In this document: positions 20,750 through 31,928 of the stretch, piece by piece
How the letters are laid out: every line of letters starts with the position of its first letter
How positions within the stretch are numbered: the stretch's first letter is position 1
Sequence record: MW883059
Length of the DNA stretch: 64,000 nucleotides
Source of the DNA: Escherichia phage vB_EcoM_SYGD1
Reading direction: 5' to 3' (one strand)
The notes under the pieces: generated by a model
Told to the model about the DNA's origin: nothing
Seen by the model: the letters and a program-made list of their open reading frames with translations, nothing else
Databases searched by the model: none
Position numbers and translations under genes: made by a program

Positions 20750-20757
20750 TATTTATA
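20750..20757 (-). promoter_or_regulatory. T4 late promoter TATAAATA for genes 36-37-38
   Basis: TATTTATA on plus strand about 24 nt upstream of gene 36 start. Confidence 0.6.
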
Positions 20758-20783
20758 AAGAAAAAGGGAACCCGAAGGCTCCC
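20758..20783 (-). terminator. hairpin plus U tract downstream of gene 35
   Basis: Minus strand reads AGGGAGCC-UUCG-GGUUCCCU followed by UUUUUCUUU. Confidence 0.55.
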
Positions 20784-20788
20784 TCAAT

Positions 20789-21904
20789 TTAAACTTCTCT
20801 AAATTCTTGTCCAAACACTTTACCAGTTTTAGACGATGCTTGCGTAGGAAGTACCATTATATCCGGAGGTGAAGCAGATTCACAGACATAATTAACTCGA
20901 ATACCATTGACGCCAAATTCAGCAGGTTTTGAAATTCCGCCATTTCTTGATACTTCAGAAAAGCTTAAATTTCTCATGCCACCTTGACCTGCTTGGGCAG
21001 TTCTTTGTGCATATATCGTAAATCCCGCTGCATTTTCTGGAATAACTACATAATCTTCCTTTAATTCCCATGACCCAGCTTGTCCGGTAAACTCAGCATA
21101 TGTTGAAGAAATATATCCATTCGATTCATCATAAAAACGGATAGATATATTTGTAGTTCCAAGCGCAAGTAAATCGGCATCAGCATATAACTGCGCTTTA
21201 AGATAAAGAACATCGCCAGGAATTAAATTATAATCAGATAATTTACTTATCGCGGATGAAGTTGGTAAACGTGCAATTTCGTTATTAGTTCCACCAACCG
21301 CTGACATAAATTGCTCAACGCTTTCATATGTTCTTTTAGGAAATCCTGTAGCTCCAACGTCTTCTAAACTGTCAAATACAACATCTAAAATAGTTTGATA
21401 ATCATCTGTGCTTTTTCTATTACTTAGTTTAACATGTTCTAACGCAATAGCTCTTTTAGAAGATGTATAAAAGGCAGCATATGATACGTCAAATCTTGAC
21501 AATATAGAATCAGATGGAAAAGCAGACGTTCCTGTGGCTCTTAGCCAAGATACTACTTCAGGAGGAAAATTAACCTTTCCGCTAGTTAATATAGCAACAA
21601 GTCTATTATTCGTCAAAGAGTCCATGAAACTAACAAAAGCAGCTGATGTGGTATCATTTGAAGTCGAAAAAGCATATGACTTACTATCTACTAATGCTCC
21701 TGTAGAAGGGTCAAAAACTCTTAAATGAAGACCTGCGTTAAATGTTTGACTTCCGATAGGATTATCCTGAAATTTGACATATGGTCCTGCTGTAGAAAGC
21801 GGGCAAGAACCCGCTATGCTTATTTTATATCTTACTGAATTGCTTTCCGATAAAAATGGCGTTTGGACATATCCTTGTCCAAACTCTGCCATAAATTTTT
21901 CCAT
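20789..21904 (-). CDS. 35: long tail fibre hinge protein gp35
   Basis: 371 aa vs T4 372 aa; synteny. Confidence 0.85.
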   Translation of the reverse strand: MEKFMAEFGQGYVQTPFLSESNSVRYKISIAGSCPLSTAGPYVKFQDNPIGSQTFNAGLHLRVFDPSTGALVDSKSYAFSTSNDTTSAAFVSFMDSLTNNRLVAILTSGKVNFPPEVVSWLRATGTSAFPSDSILSRFDVSYAAFYTSSKRAIALEHVKLSNRKSTDDYQTILDVVFDSLEDVGATGFPKRTYESVEQFMSAVGGTNNEIARLPTSSAISKLSDYNLIPGDVLYLKAQLYADADLLALGTTNISIRFYDESNGYISSTYAEFTGQAGSWELKEDYVVIPENAAGFTIYAQRTAQAGQGGMRNLSFSEVSRNGGISKPAEFGVNGIRVNYVCESASPPDIMVLPTQASSKTGKVFGQEFREV

Positions 21905-21912
21905 AATACCTC

Positions 21913-24900
21913 TTATTCAACCCATTCAAATTTAACCGTTTTATTCACTGGGTCAGGAATAATGCGAACATTACCAATTCGTAAGAAATCACGAATAGTA
22001 AGATTCCCCATTATAGCATTATCAGATGGTAAAGCACCAATATCAGATGGCTGAGGAGGGTTACCCCCATCAAATACCTGAACAAAACTTGACCAAGAGT
22101 TTTTGGTTTTCTGCCATGTACGCGTCCAGCGAGTGGTGCGCGCTTCTGGGGTCGTTGGATAAGTAATCCAATCTTGGTAAAGCGAATCGAGTGTGTTACC
22201 AAATTGAGTCAGCGTACCAGGAGATTTAACCTCTTCACCGCGTTCTAAGTATGGAAGTCCAGTCACTTCATTAGTTTTTTCAACCATCTTAAAATAACCC
22301 GGGAACTGGTTATAAGTGGCTGAATCATTAATATCGATTGACCAGAATCCTACAGTATCAGATGTTGGCGCACGGGTATATAAATCAGAGGTTTTAGTAC
22401 CTTGAGAACGAATTCTCGAGTTAACAGTTAAACCACCTGAAGTTATAGTAGCACCTTTGGCAATGATTAAGCTTTCACCAATTGTAACCTGACCAGATTG
22501 ATTATTAATTGATAATGGGCGTAATCCATTAAATCCACCAGTCTGATCGCCAGATGCAGTAAGCATAAAATAGGTGTTAGCAGCATCATTACGAATAAAG
22601 AATCCATAATCACCGTTTATTGCTCTAAAAGCATTCGACGATTTACTGATAAATTCGCCATTAGCAGTAACTGAACTACCGAATGTTGCAACGCCGTTCG
22701 CGTTCAAAGAACCTAAAGCATTCACATTTATTGGCATTACAGTACCATTAATGCTAAATGCTATATTACCATCTTTATCGCGTTGAGAATAAAAGTGATA
22801 AGATGTTTCATCACTAACTTCAAATACGGTAGAACGTGTTGTGTTTGATTCCCCACTAAATTGATTCCCCCACACGCTGACTGTCATTGTTTGAGCCGGG
22901 TTCGTTCCAGTTTGAGGTCCTTTCTCAAAAATCAGACGAGTTGCTGTTCCATCAGTATTAGAAATGGTTAGTGTACTATTTGCTGAAACTGATCCACCAA
23001 ACGTAGCAGTACTAGATGATACAAGAGGGGCACTCAGATTCGTTTGTTGGGTTAAGGTTAGTGAACCATTAACCGTCTGTGCAATATCCCTACGAATGAA
23101 CTGAGATGAATCTAGACCATCCAGTAAATTACTATCTACGGCTTTTGCTTTTAACGGCAAATAATTTGCTAATACACGGTTTAATTCATATGGTGATACT
23201 GCATAGCTATTTTTCTCATATAGCTCTAAGTTCTGTGTAGAACCAACTGTATCATTACCAACGAATGTAATTGAACCGGATGAAGTTTTAACAAAACCTC
23301 TTATCGCAGTAGTAGCTGCCCAAGTAGGTTCACTCTGCACAATCCATTTTAAATTTTTTGGAGATACAGCAGTATTTGCTGACGTTCCAGTCACAGTTTC
23401 AGACTGAGTTGCAACTTTAATAACACCTTCTTGTGCTTCAGTAGATTTAGTACCTAAAAGCTTTTTAGGAGTTATTAAAACATTATCTAATTTTCCTGCA
23501 GCAGCTTCAACTTGTGTAGCTACACGAAGTGTACCACGCTGTGTCTCATTTGCTTCAAGAATATTAAGGGTATAATGGTCCCAGAGAGTTCCTGATTCAA
23601 CTAATCCAGATAGAGCAACAACAGAAGTACGATCAGTACTATTAAATCTAGTTTTAATTTTTAATGGTGTAGAGATACGAGTATCGTCGACGCCTGCGTC
23701 GAATTCAACTTGTGTAGCAATTTCAGCTATACCACTTAAACTTTCAGTTGCTTTACGGTCATTTAAAGTTTTAGGAGTGACTGCACGAGTATAATCAGTT
23801 CCTGTATTAACTTCACTTTGCGTAGCAATTTCAATTAAACCAATTCTTCCATCAGTTGATGTCTTTTTATGTAACGTTTCTGGCGTTACAACCGCATTTG
23901 CCCATCCTTCTTGGCTTTGCCCAGCAATTACTTCACTTTCAACTGCTAAAATTACTGCACCTTGTTGTGTTGGAGTAGCTTTATACTGATCCAAAGCTTT
24001 AGGCGAAACAACTAAATTATTGGTGCTTTTATTATAAACGTTTGTACCATTTAATTCACGACTAGAAGCTGGAGTAGCTCCTGCAGTAGATACAAAGGTT
24101 ACAATACCAGATAATGATTCAGAACCTTGTCGAGCTTGAAGCTTTTTAGGAGTGATGATTGTAGTATCATCAGTACCTGCATTAGTTTCTTGCTGTGTAG
24201 CAATTTCAGCAACACCTCTACGAGTTTCTGTGGCAGTTCTTTCATTCAGCTTTTTAGGAGTGATGATAATATCATCAGCAAAAGAGAATGTAGTATCCTG
24301 GTTCACTTGGGCAGTAGTTGCTATTCTTGCGATACCTCTGCGAGTTTCTGTAGCAGTACGGTTAGCTAATGTTTCTGGTGTAATTGCTAATTCTTTTTGC
24401 GGAGAATTTTCTAAATCAGCATTTGCTTGAGCTTGTGTAGCTAAAGCTATTACGCCTAATCTTGCTCTAGTAGAATCATTTAAAGAATCAACTCTTTCAA
24501 CTGTTGGCACGTTTTGCTGCACCACCCAGTATTTTCCATCAGAATCTTCTATATAAGCAAGCTGTAAAACTGGAACATAATTAGTTTCGCCGTTAAAAAC
24601 TAATTCTTGAACAGTCACCCATTTAGTTTCAGGCGGATATTCTGAACGTTTTGGGAATTGCAGCAATTGAACTGAAGAAGCAATTTTATCTTCACCGGCA
24701 GCTTTGATTTTAACTGTTTGGCCTTTTCTCATGTAATTCATGGAAATTTTAACAGTATCACCAATGGAAATATTAGTTGGAAGCTGAAGTTCAATTGTTT
24801 GGGTTGTTCCGTTATTCGCTCCAAATACCATAACTTCTTCATTTGGACGAATACTAGAATTAGTTGTTATAATACGTAAACGTGCTTTACTATCACCGTC

Positions 24901-25785
24901 AAACAATCTCCACAATTTTTCATTATCATCATACATCAAGAAACCATCAATCGATGTACGGCCTTCAATGGAATGAGTTCCAACTTCTTGCACTGAAGTT
25001 GTTTCATCGTATGTAGTAACAATTGTATGATAAAGTGGATTTAATTTGTCTAAATCGACGAAATTAATAATATCGCCATGATTAGCAAATCTCGGAAGTT
25101 TAATATTAATCGCCGCGGCTGAAGTAAATCTGCGCACGATAAAATCGTTAGATTGCGCCTGATAAAGACTTGCCGGTGTTACGACTACAGCTTCTCTGCT
25201 ATAATCAGCAACATACATTTGCCACAGACGATTACTAAAAATTAAAACTATCTGCGATTTTGGATGAGTCATTAGTACTGAACGTACTTGTTCGCCTCTG
25301 AAGTTTACAATACTTTGCACTGGAGCTACAATTAAAACTTGGTTAACACCAGGTTTTCCACCAATATCTTGAAGAACGATAGTATCTCCATCAATTGGAG
25401 AAGATGGCAAAGTAAATGTAATGTCATTACCGGCTGCAGTATCAACTGAAATTGATTCGCCTGACTTTAATTGATAAGGTCCTGATGAAACAGTTGTCCA
25501 ATTAGCATCAGTACGTAATGATCTCCAACGTACGCTATTAAAAGCTCCTGCTGGTTTTGGAATATCATTTATAGCAGCCCAAAAGCGGTTATCATAAATG
25601 ATTACAAAATCTTTTAAATATCCACGAGTTGGATCGTATTGTTGAACTGTGTTTTCTTGAATTAAGTAATCAACGTTAACACCGTCAGTTCCTACGGTAC
25701 GATCAGCTAAAGCTACGTTGATTATTTTATCGCCACCTGCGTCCAGACCGTCTTCTGCTCTGAACTTTCTTTTAATCTCGGCCAT
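21913..25785 (-). CDS. 34: long tail fibre proximal subunit gp34 (1290 aa)
   Basis: Length as T4 gp34 (1289 aa); repeated TxxE/RxxG fibre motifs; synteny. Confidence 0.9.
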   Translation of the reverse strand: MAEIKRKFRAEDGLDAGGDKIINVALADRTVGTDGVNVDYLIQENTVQQYDPTRGYLKDFVIIYDNRFWAAINDIPKPAGAFNSVRWRSLRTDANWTTVSSGPYQLKSGESISVDTAAGNDITFTLPSSPIDGDTIVLQDIGGKPGVNQVLIVAPVQSIVNFRGEQVRSVLMTHPKSQIVLIFSNRLWQMYVADYSREAVVVTPASLYQAQSNDFIVRRFTSAAAINIKLPRFANHGDIINFVDLDKLNPLYHTIVTTYDETTSVQEVGTHSIEGRTSIDGFLMYDDNEKLWRLFDGDSKARLRIITTNSSIRPNEEVMVFGANNGTTQTIELQLPTNISIGDTVKISMNYMRKGQTVKIKAAGEDKIASSVQLLQFPKRSEYPPETKWVTVQELVFNGETNYVPVLQLAYIEDSDGKYWVVQQNVPTVERVDSLNDSTRARLGVIALATQAQANADLENSPQKELAITPETLANRTATETRRGIARIATTAQVNQDTTFSFADDIIITPKKLNERTATETRRGVAEIATQQETNAGTDDTTIITPKKLQARQGSESLSGIVTFVSTAGATPASSRELNGTNVYNKSTNNLVVSPKALDQYKATPTQQGAVILAVESEVIAGQSQEGWANAVVTPETLHKKTSTDGRIGLIEIATQSEVNTGTDYTRAVTPKTLNDRKATESLSGIAEIATQVEFDAGVDDTRISTPLKIKTRFNSTDRTSVVALSGLVESGTLWDHYTLNILEANETQRGTLRVATQVEAAAGKLDNVLITPKKLLGTKSTEAQEGVIKVATQSETVTGTSANTAVSPKNLKWIVQSEPTWAATTAIRGFVKTSSGSITFVGNDTVGSTQNLELYEKNSYAVSPYELNRVLANYLPLKAKAVDSNLLDGLDSSQFIRRDIAQTVNGSLTLTQQTNLSAPLVSSSTATFGGSVSANSTLTISNTDGTATRLIFEKGPQTGTNPAQTMTVSVWGNQFSGESNTTRSTVFEVSDETSYHFYSQRDKDGNIAFSINGTVMPINVNALGSLNANGVATFGSSVTANGEFISKSSNAFRAINGDYGFFIRNDAANTYFMLTASGDQTGGFNGLRPLSINNQSGQVTIGESLIIAKGATITSGGLTVNSRIRSQGTKTSDLYTRAPTSDTVGFWSIDINDSATYNQFPGYFKMVEKTNEVTGLPYLERGEEVKSPGTLTQFGNTLDSLYQDWITYPTTPEARTTRWTRTWQKTKNSWSSFVQVFDGGNPPQPSDIGALPSDNAIMGNLTIRDFLRIGNVRIIPDPVNKTVKFEWVE

Positions 25786-25819
25786 TCTCCCGGGCTCCTA
25801 TTGTGTTTTCAATAATAAG

Positions 25820-25827
25820 TATTTATA
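25820..25827 (-). promoter_or_regulatory. T4 late promoter TATAAATA for gene 34
   Basis: TATTTATA on plus strand upstream of gene 34 start. Confidence 0.6.
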
Positions 25828-25830
25828 CTT

Positions 25831-25860
25831 GTTTACTTTAAGATTTTGATGGTATATAAT
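25831..25860 (+). promoter_or_regulatory. T4 early-type promoter for rnh
   Basis: GTTTAC 25831-25836, TGGTATATAAT -10. Confidence 0.6.
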
Positions 25861-25889
25861 AGAAATCTCACTAATTGAACGAGGTTCAT

Positions 25890-26807
25890 ATGGATTTAGA
25901 AATGATGCTGGATGAAGATTACAAAGAAGGAATCTGCTTAATTGACTTTAGTCAAATTGCACTTTCGACTGCTTTAGTAAACTTTCCAGATAAAGAAAAA
26001 ATTAATTTATCAATGGTTCGTCATTTGATATTGAACTCAATTAAGTTTAATGTCAAAAAAGCAAAAACTCTTGGATACACTAAAATTGTACTGTGTATCG
26101 ATAACGCAAAATCAGGATATTGGCGTCGTGATTTTGCTTATTACTATAAGAAAAACCGCGGAAAAGCACGAGAAGAATCTACTTGGGACTGGGAAGGTTA
26201 TTTTGAATCCAGTCATAAAGTTATAGATGAATTGAAAGCTTATATGCCATACATTGTTATGGATATTGATAAGTATGAAGCAGATGATCACATTGCTGTT
26301 CTTGTTAAAAAGTTCTCTTTAGAAGGACACAAGATTTTAATCATTTCATCGGATGGTGACTTTACTCAACTTCACAAATACCCAAATGTTAAGCAATGGT
26401 CACCGATGCATAAGAAATGGGTTAAAATTAAAAGCGGTTCTGCTGAAATTGATTGCATGACTAAAATTCTTAAGGGTGATAAAAAGGATAACGTCGCTTC
26501 AGTTAAAGTACGATCTGACTTTTGGTTTACCAGAGTTGAAGGCGAACGAACTCCTTCAATGAAAACATCTATTGTTGAAGCTATTGCTAATGACCGTGAG
26601 CAAGCTAAGGTGCTTCTCACTGAATCTGAATATAATCGATATAAAGAAAATTTAGTTCTAATTGATTTTGATTATATTCCTGATAATATTGCTTCAAACA
26701 TTGTGAATTACTATAATTCATATAAATTACCACCGCGTGGCAAAATTTATTCATATTTTGTAAAAGCGGGTCTTTCTAAATTAACTAATAGCATTAATGA
26801 ATTTTGA
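25890..26807 (+). CDS. rnh: RNase H / 5'-3' exonuclease (305 aa)
   Basis: Begins MDLEMMLDEDYKEGICLIDFSQIAL as T4 RNase H; ORF track start 25875 is upstream in frame. Confidence 0.92.
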   Translation: MDLEMMLDEDYKEGICLIDFSQIALSTALVNFPDKEKINLSMVRHLILNSIKFNVKKAKTLGYTKIVLCIDNAKSGYWRRDFAYYYKKNRGKAREESTWDWEGYFESSHKVIDELKAYMPYIVMDIDKYEADDHIAVLVKKFSLEGHKILIISSDGDFTQLHKYPNVKQWSPMHKKWVKIKSGSAEIDCMTKILKGDKKDNVASVKVRSDFWFTRVEGERTPSMKTSIVEAIANDREQAKVLLTESEYNRYKENLVLIDFDYIPDNIASNIVNYYNSYKLPPRGKIYSYFVKAGLSKLTNSINEF

Positions 26808-26815
26808 GGTGAATA

Positions 26816-27085
26816 ATGGCTAAAAAAGAAATGGTTGAATTTGATGAAGCTATCCATGGCGAAGACTTGGCTAAATTTATTAAAGAAGCATCTGATCATA
26901 AACTGAAAATTTCCGGTTATAATGAATTGATTAAAGATATTCGAATTCGTGCTAAAGATGAACTTGGTGTTGATGGTAAGATGTTTAATCGTTTATTAGC
27001 TTTGTATCATAAAGATAACCGTGATGTGTTTGAAGCTGAAACTGAAGAGGTAGTTGAACTTTATGACACAGTTTTCTCTAAATGA
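26816..27085 (+). CDS. dsbA: late transcription dsDNA-binding protein DsbA (89 aa)
   Basis: Exact length and position between rnh and 33. Confidence 0.8.
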   Translation: MAKKEMVEFDEAIHGEDLAKFIKEASDHKLKISGYNELIKDIRIRAKDELGVDGKMFNRLLALYHKDNRDVFEAETEEVVELYDTVFSK

Positions 27086-27401
27086 TATTCGTCCGGTCGA
27101 TGAGACCGGTCTTTCAGAAAAAGAACTTTCAATTAAGAAAGAAAAGGATGAAATTGCAAAACTGCTTGATCGTCAAGAAAATGGATTTATTATTGAAAAA
27201 ATGGTAGAAGAGTTTGGAATGAGTTATCTTGAAGCTACGACAGCATTCTTGGAAGAAAATTCTATTCCTGAAACTCAATTTGCTAAATTTATTCCTTCGG
27301 GTATAATTGAAAAAATTCAGTCAGAAGCTATTGACGAAAATCTTTTACGTCCTTCTGTTGTTCGTTGTGAAAAAACTAATACATTAGATTTTCTACTATG
27401 A
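27063..27401 (+). CDS. 33: late transcription co-activator gp33 (112 aa)
   Basis: MTQFSLNDIRPVDETGL start; exact T4 length. Confidence 0.85.
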   Translation: MTQFSLNDIRPVDETGLSEKELSIKKEKDEIAKLLDRQENGFIIEKMVEEFGMSYLEATTAFLEENSIPETQFAKFIPSGIIEKIQSEAIDENLLRPSVVRCEKTNTLDFLL

Positions 27402-28051
27402 TTAAACTCCGCATGCCTGCTGGTGGTGAAAGATATATTGATGGTAAATCAGTTTATAAATTATACTTAATGATAAAACAACATATGAATGGAAAGTATG
27501 ATGTAATTAAGTATAATTGGTGCATGCGGGTGTCTGATGCCGCTTATCAAAAGCGAAGGGATAAGTATTTTTTCCAGAAGTTATCAGAAAAATATAAATT
27601 AAAGGAACTTGCTTTAATCTTTATAAGCAATCTTGTTGCTAACCAGGATGCTTGGATTGGTGACATCTCTGACGCTGATGCACTTGTGTTTTATCGTGAA
27701 TATATCGGACGCTTAAAGCAAATTAAATTTAAGTTTGAAGAAGATATTCGCAATATTTATTATTTTAGTAAAAAAGTTGAAGTTTCTGCTTTTAAAGAAA
27801 TTTTTGAATATAATCCAAAAGTTCAATCAAGTTATATTTTTAAACTACTTCAATCGAATATAATTTCGTTTGAGACGTTTATCTTGCTTGATTCGTTTTT
27901 AAATATAATTGATAAACATGATGAACAGACTGATAATTTAGTCTGGAATAATTATTCTATAAAGTTAAAGGCTTATAGAAAAATTTTAAATATTGATTCG
28001 CAGAAAGCTAAAAGTGTTTTCATTGAAACTGTGAAATCTTGTAAGTATTAA
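27398..28051 (+). CDS. 59: helicase loader gp59 (217 aa)
   Basis: Recognisable T4 gp59 sequence and length. Confidence 0.88.
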   Translation: MIKLRMPAGGERYIDGKSVYKLYLMIKQHMNGKYDVIKYNWCMRVSDAAYQKRRDKYFFQKLSEKYKLKELALIFISNLVANQDAWIGDISDADALVFYREYIGRLKQIKFKFEEDIRNIYYFSKKVEVSAFKEIFEYNPKVQSSYIFKLLQSNIISFETFILLDSFLNIIDKHDEQTDNLVWNNYSIKLKAYRKILNIDSQKAKSVFIETVKSCKY

Positions 28052-28052
28052 T

Positions 28053-28685
28053 ATGAATATAGTATATTGGTTTACATTTGAAGACCGTATCAAAAATAAG
28101 ACTCCGCCGTACTACTATATCGGCAGTAAATTAAATTGCTCATTTGAGAATGGAATAATATATGACTCTTCCGGAAAGGAATACTGGAGTTCGTGTAAAC
28201 AAAAAAGATTTTTAAATGCGGTAATGCTTCAAAAACCGAGCGTTAAAATAATTCAAATTGATGATGATTTGGATGTTATTGAAGCAGAGCGAAAATACCA
28301 ACTTGAAGTAAATGCCAGAGATAATCCAGACTATTTTAATCTGGTATATGCCGGTGGCGGATTTGGTGTGAGTGGTGAAACTCATCCAGCCAAAGACCCG
28401 GAAGTTAGAGAGCATATGAGATTGGCTAATTATATGAACCGTGACGATTTTAGACCTTGGAAAACATCACGAGCTAATATAGAGTCTTGGAAATTATCTC
28501 ATATTGCTTACGAGAATTATGTGTTATTATTATCCTCTAATCTGTACGGTAAAACTCCTGGATGGCGAAGAGTTAAAGGTAATATAAATATAACTGATAC
28601 AACTGCTAAATCGATGGTAAAGTATTTCAATTCAGGTTGGATACCTCTCGAAGACCCAGAGTATTGCGAATTATGCCAGCTATGA
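28053..28685 (+). CDS. segG: free-standing GIY-YIG homing endonuclease, SegG-like
   Basis: N-terminal IVYWFT...YYIGSKLN GIY-YIG-like motif; occupies the 59-32 interval where T4 carries segG. Confidence 0.55.
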   Translation: MNIVYWFTFEDRIKNKTPPYYYIGSKLNCSFENGIIYDSSGKEYWSSCKQKRFLNAVMLQKPSVKIIQIDDDLDVIEAERKYQLEVNARDNPDYFNLVYAGGGFGVSGETHPAKDPEVREHMRLANYMNRDDFRPWKTSRANIESWKLSHIAYENYVLLLSSNLYGKTPGWRRVKGNINITDTTAKSMVKYFNSGWIPLEDPEYCELCQL

Positions 28686-28735
28686 GGTAAAGTGTCATAG
28701 CACCAACTGTTAATTAAATTAAAAAGGAAATAAAA
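28686..28735 (+). promoter_or_regulatory. gene 32 translational operator (pseudoknot plus A/U-rich gp32 binding region)
   Basis: GUGUCAUAGCACCAACUG followed by UUAAUUAAAUUAAAAAGGAAAUAAAAAUG, as in the T4 gene 32 leader. Confidence 0.7.
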
Positions 28736-29644
28736 ATGTTTAAACGTAAATCTACTGCTGAACTCGCTGCACAAATGGCTAAACTGGCTGGAAATAAAGG
28801 TGGTTTTTCTTCTGAAGATAAAGGCGAGTGGAAACTGAAACTCGATAATGCGGGTAACGGTCAAGCAGTAATTCGTTTTCTTCCGTCTAAAAATGATGAA
28901 CAAGCACCATTCGCACTTCTTGTAAATCACGGTTTCAAGAAAAATGGTAAATGGTATATCGAAACATGCTCATCTACCTACGGTGATTACGATTCTTGTC
29001 CAGTATGTCAGTACATCAGTAAAAATGATTTGTACAATACTGACAATAAAGAGTACGGTCTTGTTAAACGTAAAACTTCTTACTGGGCTAACATTCTTGT
29101 TGTAAAAGACCCAGCTGCTCCAGAAAATGAAGGTAAAGTATTTAAATACCGTTTCGGTAAGAAAATCTGGGATAAAATCAATGCAATGATTGCAGTTGAT
29201 GTTGAAATGGGTGAAACTCCGGTTGATGTAACTTGTCCGTGGGAAGGTGCTAACTTTGTACTGAAAGTTAAACAAGTTTCTGGTTTTAGTAACTACGACG
29301 AATCTAAATTCCTGAATCAATCTGCGATTCCAAACATTGATGATGAATCTTTCCAGAAAGAATTGTTCGAACAAATGGTTGACCTTTCTGAAATGACTTC
29401 TAAAGATAAATTCAAATCGTTTGAAGAACTGAGCACTAAGTTCAGTCAAGTTATGGGAACTGCTGCTATGGGTGGTGCCGCAGCAACTGCCGCTAAGAAA
29501 GCTGATAAAGTTGCTGATGATTTGGATGCATTTAATGTTGATGACTTCAAAACAAAAACTGAAGATGATTTTATGAGCTCAAGCTCTGGCAGTTCATCTA
29601 GTGCTGATGACACGGACCTGGATGACCTTTTGAATGACCTTTAA
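28736..29644 (+). CDS. 32: ssDNA-binding protein gp32
   Basis: Recognisable T4 gp32 sequence including zinc site and acidic C-terminus. Confidence 0.95.
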   Translation: MFKRKSTAELAAQMAKLAGNKGGFSSEDKGEWKLKLDNAGNGQAVIRFLPSKNDEQAPFALLVNHGFKKNGKWYIETCSSTYGDYDSCPVCQYISKNDLYNTDNKEYGLVKRKTSYWANILVVKDPAAPENEGKVFKYRFGKKIWDKINAMIAVDVEMGETPVDVTCPWEGANFVLKVKQVSGFSNYDESKFLNQSAIPNIDDESFQKELFEQMVDLSEMTSKDKFKSFEELSTKFSQVMGTAAMGGAAATAAKKADKVADDLDAFNVDDFKTKTEDDFMSSSSGSSSSADDTDLDDLLNDL

Positions 29645-29666
29645 TAGATTATATTACTAATTAATT

Positions 29667-29692
29667 GGGGACCCTAGAGGTCCCCTTTTTTA
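29667..29692 (+). terminator. rho-independent terminator after gene 32
   Basis: GGGGACC-CTA-GAGGTCCCC followed by TTTTTTTATTT. Confidence 0.8.
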
Positions 29693-29716
29693 TTTCAAAA
29701 ATTTTTTCACAAAACG

Positions 29717-29746
29717 GTTTACAGGCATAAAGCTTTATGGTACTAT
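29717..29746 (+). promoter_or_regulatory. T4 early-type promoter
   Basis: GTTTAC 29717-29722; TATGGTACTAT -10; shared ACAACTATC leader. Confidence 0.6.
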
Positions 29747-29789
29747 ACAACTATCGGCAATACTGCTGATGATTAAAGAGGAAAATAAC

Positions 29790-30017
29790 ATGGCTAAAAT
29801 TGATATTGATGTTGTTGATTTTGAATATATTGAAGAAATTATTCGTAATCGTTATCCTGAACTCCGTATTACAAGCGCACTAAATGACCCCAATTGCAAT
29901 GTTTCAGTTGTTATTGAAGGTCCTTTAAATCGTCTTAAACAATTTATGGTTAATGAATATTGTGACGGTATGGATGCTGAAGATGTAGAATTTTACACAG
30001 GATTTATTGAGCAGTAA
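29790..30017 (+). CDS. hypothetical protein 75 aa
   Basis: AGAGGAAAATAACATG start context; followed by hairpin. Confidence 0.5.
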   Translation: MAKIDIDVVDFEYIEEIIRNRYPELRITSALNDPNCNVSVVIEGPLNRLKQFMVNEYCDGMDAEDVEFYTGFIEQ

Positions 30018-30061
30018 TTATTAAGGGGCTATCAAGCCCCTATTAAAATGAGGAAAACACA

Positions 30062-30427
30062 ATGTATATTGGTAGAAAATATGAACTTGTTCCAAGACTT
30101 ATTGATACATTTATTAATTATCGCCCGCGTTCTAATTCATCAATAGTTAAAATTATTCGAGATAATGGCGGATGGTTTGAAGTTAAAGAAGCTTTCTCTG
30201 CTGATGGATTTAGAGTAATAAAACACATTAAATGCGCAAATGGAAAGCATTTTTACTTCAACGTCTGCGAAGACGAATTTCATTGTTTCCGCGAGTATAA
30301 AGAACCAACTTCTGAAGAAGATGAAGTCGAAGACAAGGTTTCTGGCGTAACAAAAATTCACTGCATTGTAGATGAAAACAATGTAGATGAAATCATTGAA
30401 CTTTTGCGAAAAACTTTCAAAAAGTAG
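30062..30427 (+). CDS. hypothetical protein 121 aa
   Basis: ORF with Shine-Dalgarno. Confidence 0.5.
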   Translation: MYIGRKYELVPRLIDTFINYRPRSNSSIVKIIRDNGGWFEVKEAFSADGFRVIKHIKCANGKHFYFNVCEDEFHCFREYKEPTSEEDEVEDKVSGVTKIHCIVDENNVDEIIELLRKTFKK

Positions 30428-30456
30428 TTTACATCAGGGTAGTAGTGTGATACTAT
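30427..30456 (+). promoter_or_regulatory. T4 early-type promoter with inverted repeat around the -10
   Basis: GTTTAC 30427-30432; AGGGTAGTAGT...ACTATTACCCT imperfect inverted repeat. Confidence 0.5.
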
Positions 30457-30481
30457 TACCCTATCAACTAAGGAGAATAAA

Positions 30482-30724
30482 ATGAGATTACAACGCCAGA
30501 GCATCAAAGATTCAGAAGTTAGAGGTAAATGGTATTTTAATATCATCGGTAAAGATTCTGAACTTGTTGAAAAAGCTGAACTTCTTTTGCGTGATATGGG
30601 ATGGGAAGATGAATGCGATGGATGCCCTCTTTATGAGGATGGAGAAAGCGCAGGGTTTTGGATTTACCATTCTGATGTTGAACAGTTTAAAGCTGATTGG
30701 AAAATTGTGAAAAAGTCTGTTTAA
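30482..30724 (+). CDS. hypothetical protein 80 aa
   Basis: AAGGAGAATAAAATG start context. Confidence 0.5.
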   Translation: MRLQRQSIKDSEVRGKWYFNIIGKDSELVEKAELLLRDMGWEDECDGCPLYEDGESAGFWIYHSDVEQFKADWKIVKKSV

Positions 30725-30734
30725 GGAAAATAAT

Positions 30735-31561
<827 letters not shown>

Positions 31562-31580
31562 AATAACGCGTGGCGGAAAT

Positions 31581-31928
31581 ATGAATTTTAATTATTACCC
31601 TATTCTATTAGAAAAAGACACGAAACAGCCAAAGTGGCAGGGTCCTCAGTTTATTAAAGGTGTCTATCAATTAGTAGTTCCTAAAGACAAGATTTATAGC
31701 AGTTGTTTCACTGAATCCGCTTGCAGTATTTTCGGTAATAGTTCTCCGTATTGGAATTTTGACATAAAGCTGGATAGAAATATCGATATTTGGTTGAAAG
31801 CTATGGATATTGGTAATATCATGTTTGATGAGAATAATTATCATATTATTGGTCGCTTTTCCAAACGTGGTAAAGAATTATATTTCACACCTGAAATTGA
31901 GAGAAAATTTGATGCTAAACCGTATTGA
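31581..31928 (+). CDS. hypothetical protein 115 aa inserted between frd and td
   Basis: ORF with no motif I recognise; frd and td are adjacent in T4 as I recall. Confidence 0.45.
   Translation: MNFNYYPILLEKDTKQPKWQGPQFIKGVYQLVVPKDKIYSSCFTESACSIFGNSSPYWNFDIKLDRNIDIWLKAMDIGNIMFDENNYHIIGRFSKRGKELYFTPEIERKFDAKPY

Noticed and set aside
28517-28930. 137-aa minus-strand ORF across the segG-like/gene 32 junction
   Set aside because: Antisense to gene 32 and its operator, which are strongly supported; no start context.
31581-31928. frd-td insert as a homing endonuclease
   Set aside because: No GIY-YIG, HNH or LAGLIDADG-like motif visible by eye; kept as an unknown accessory ORF instead.
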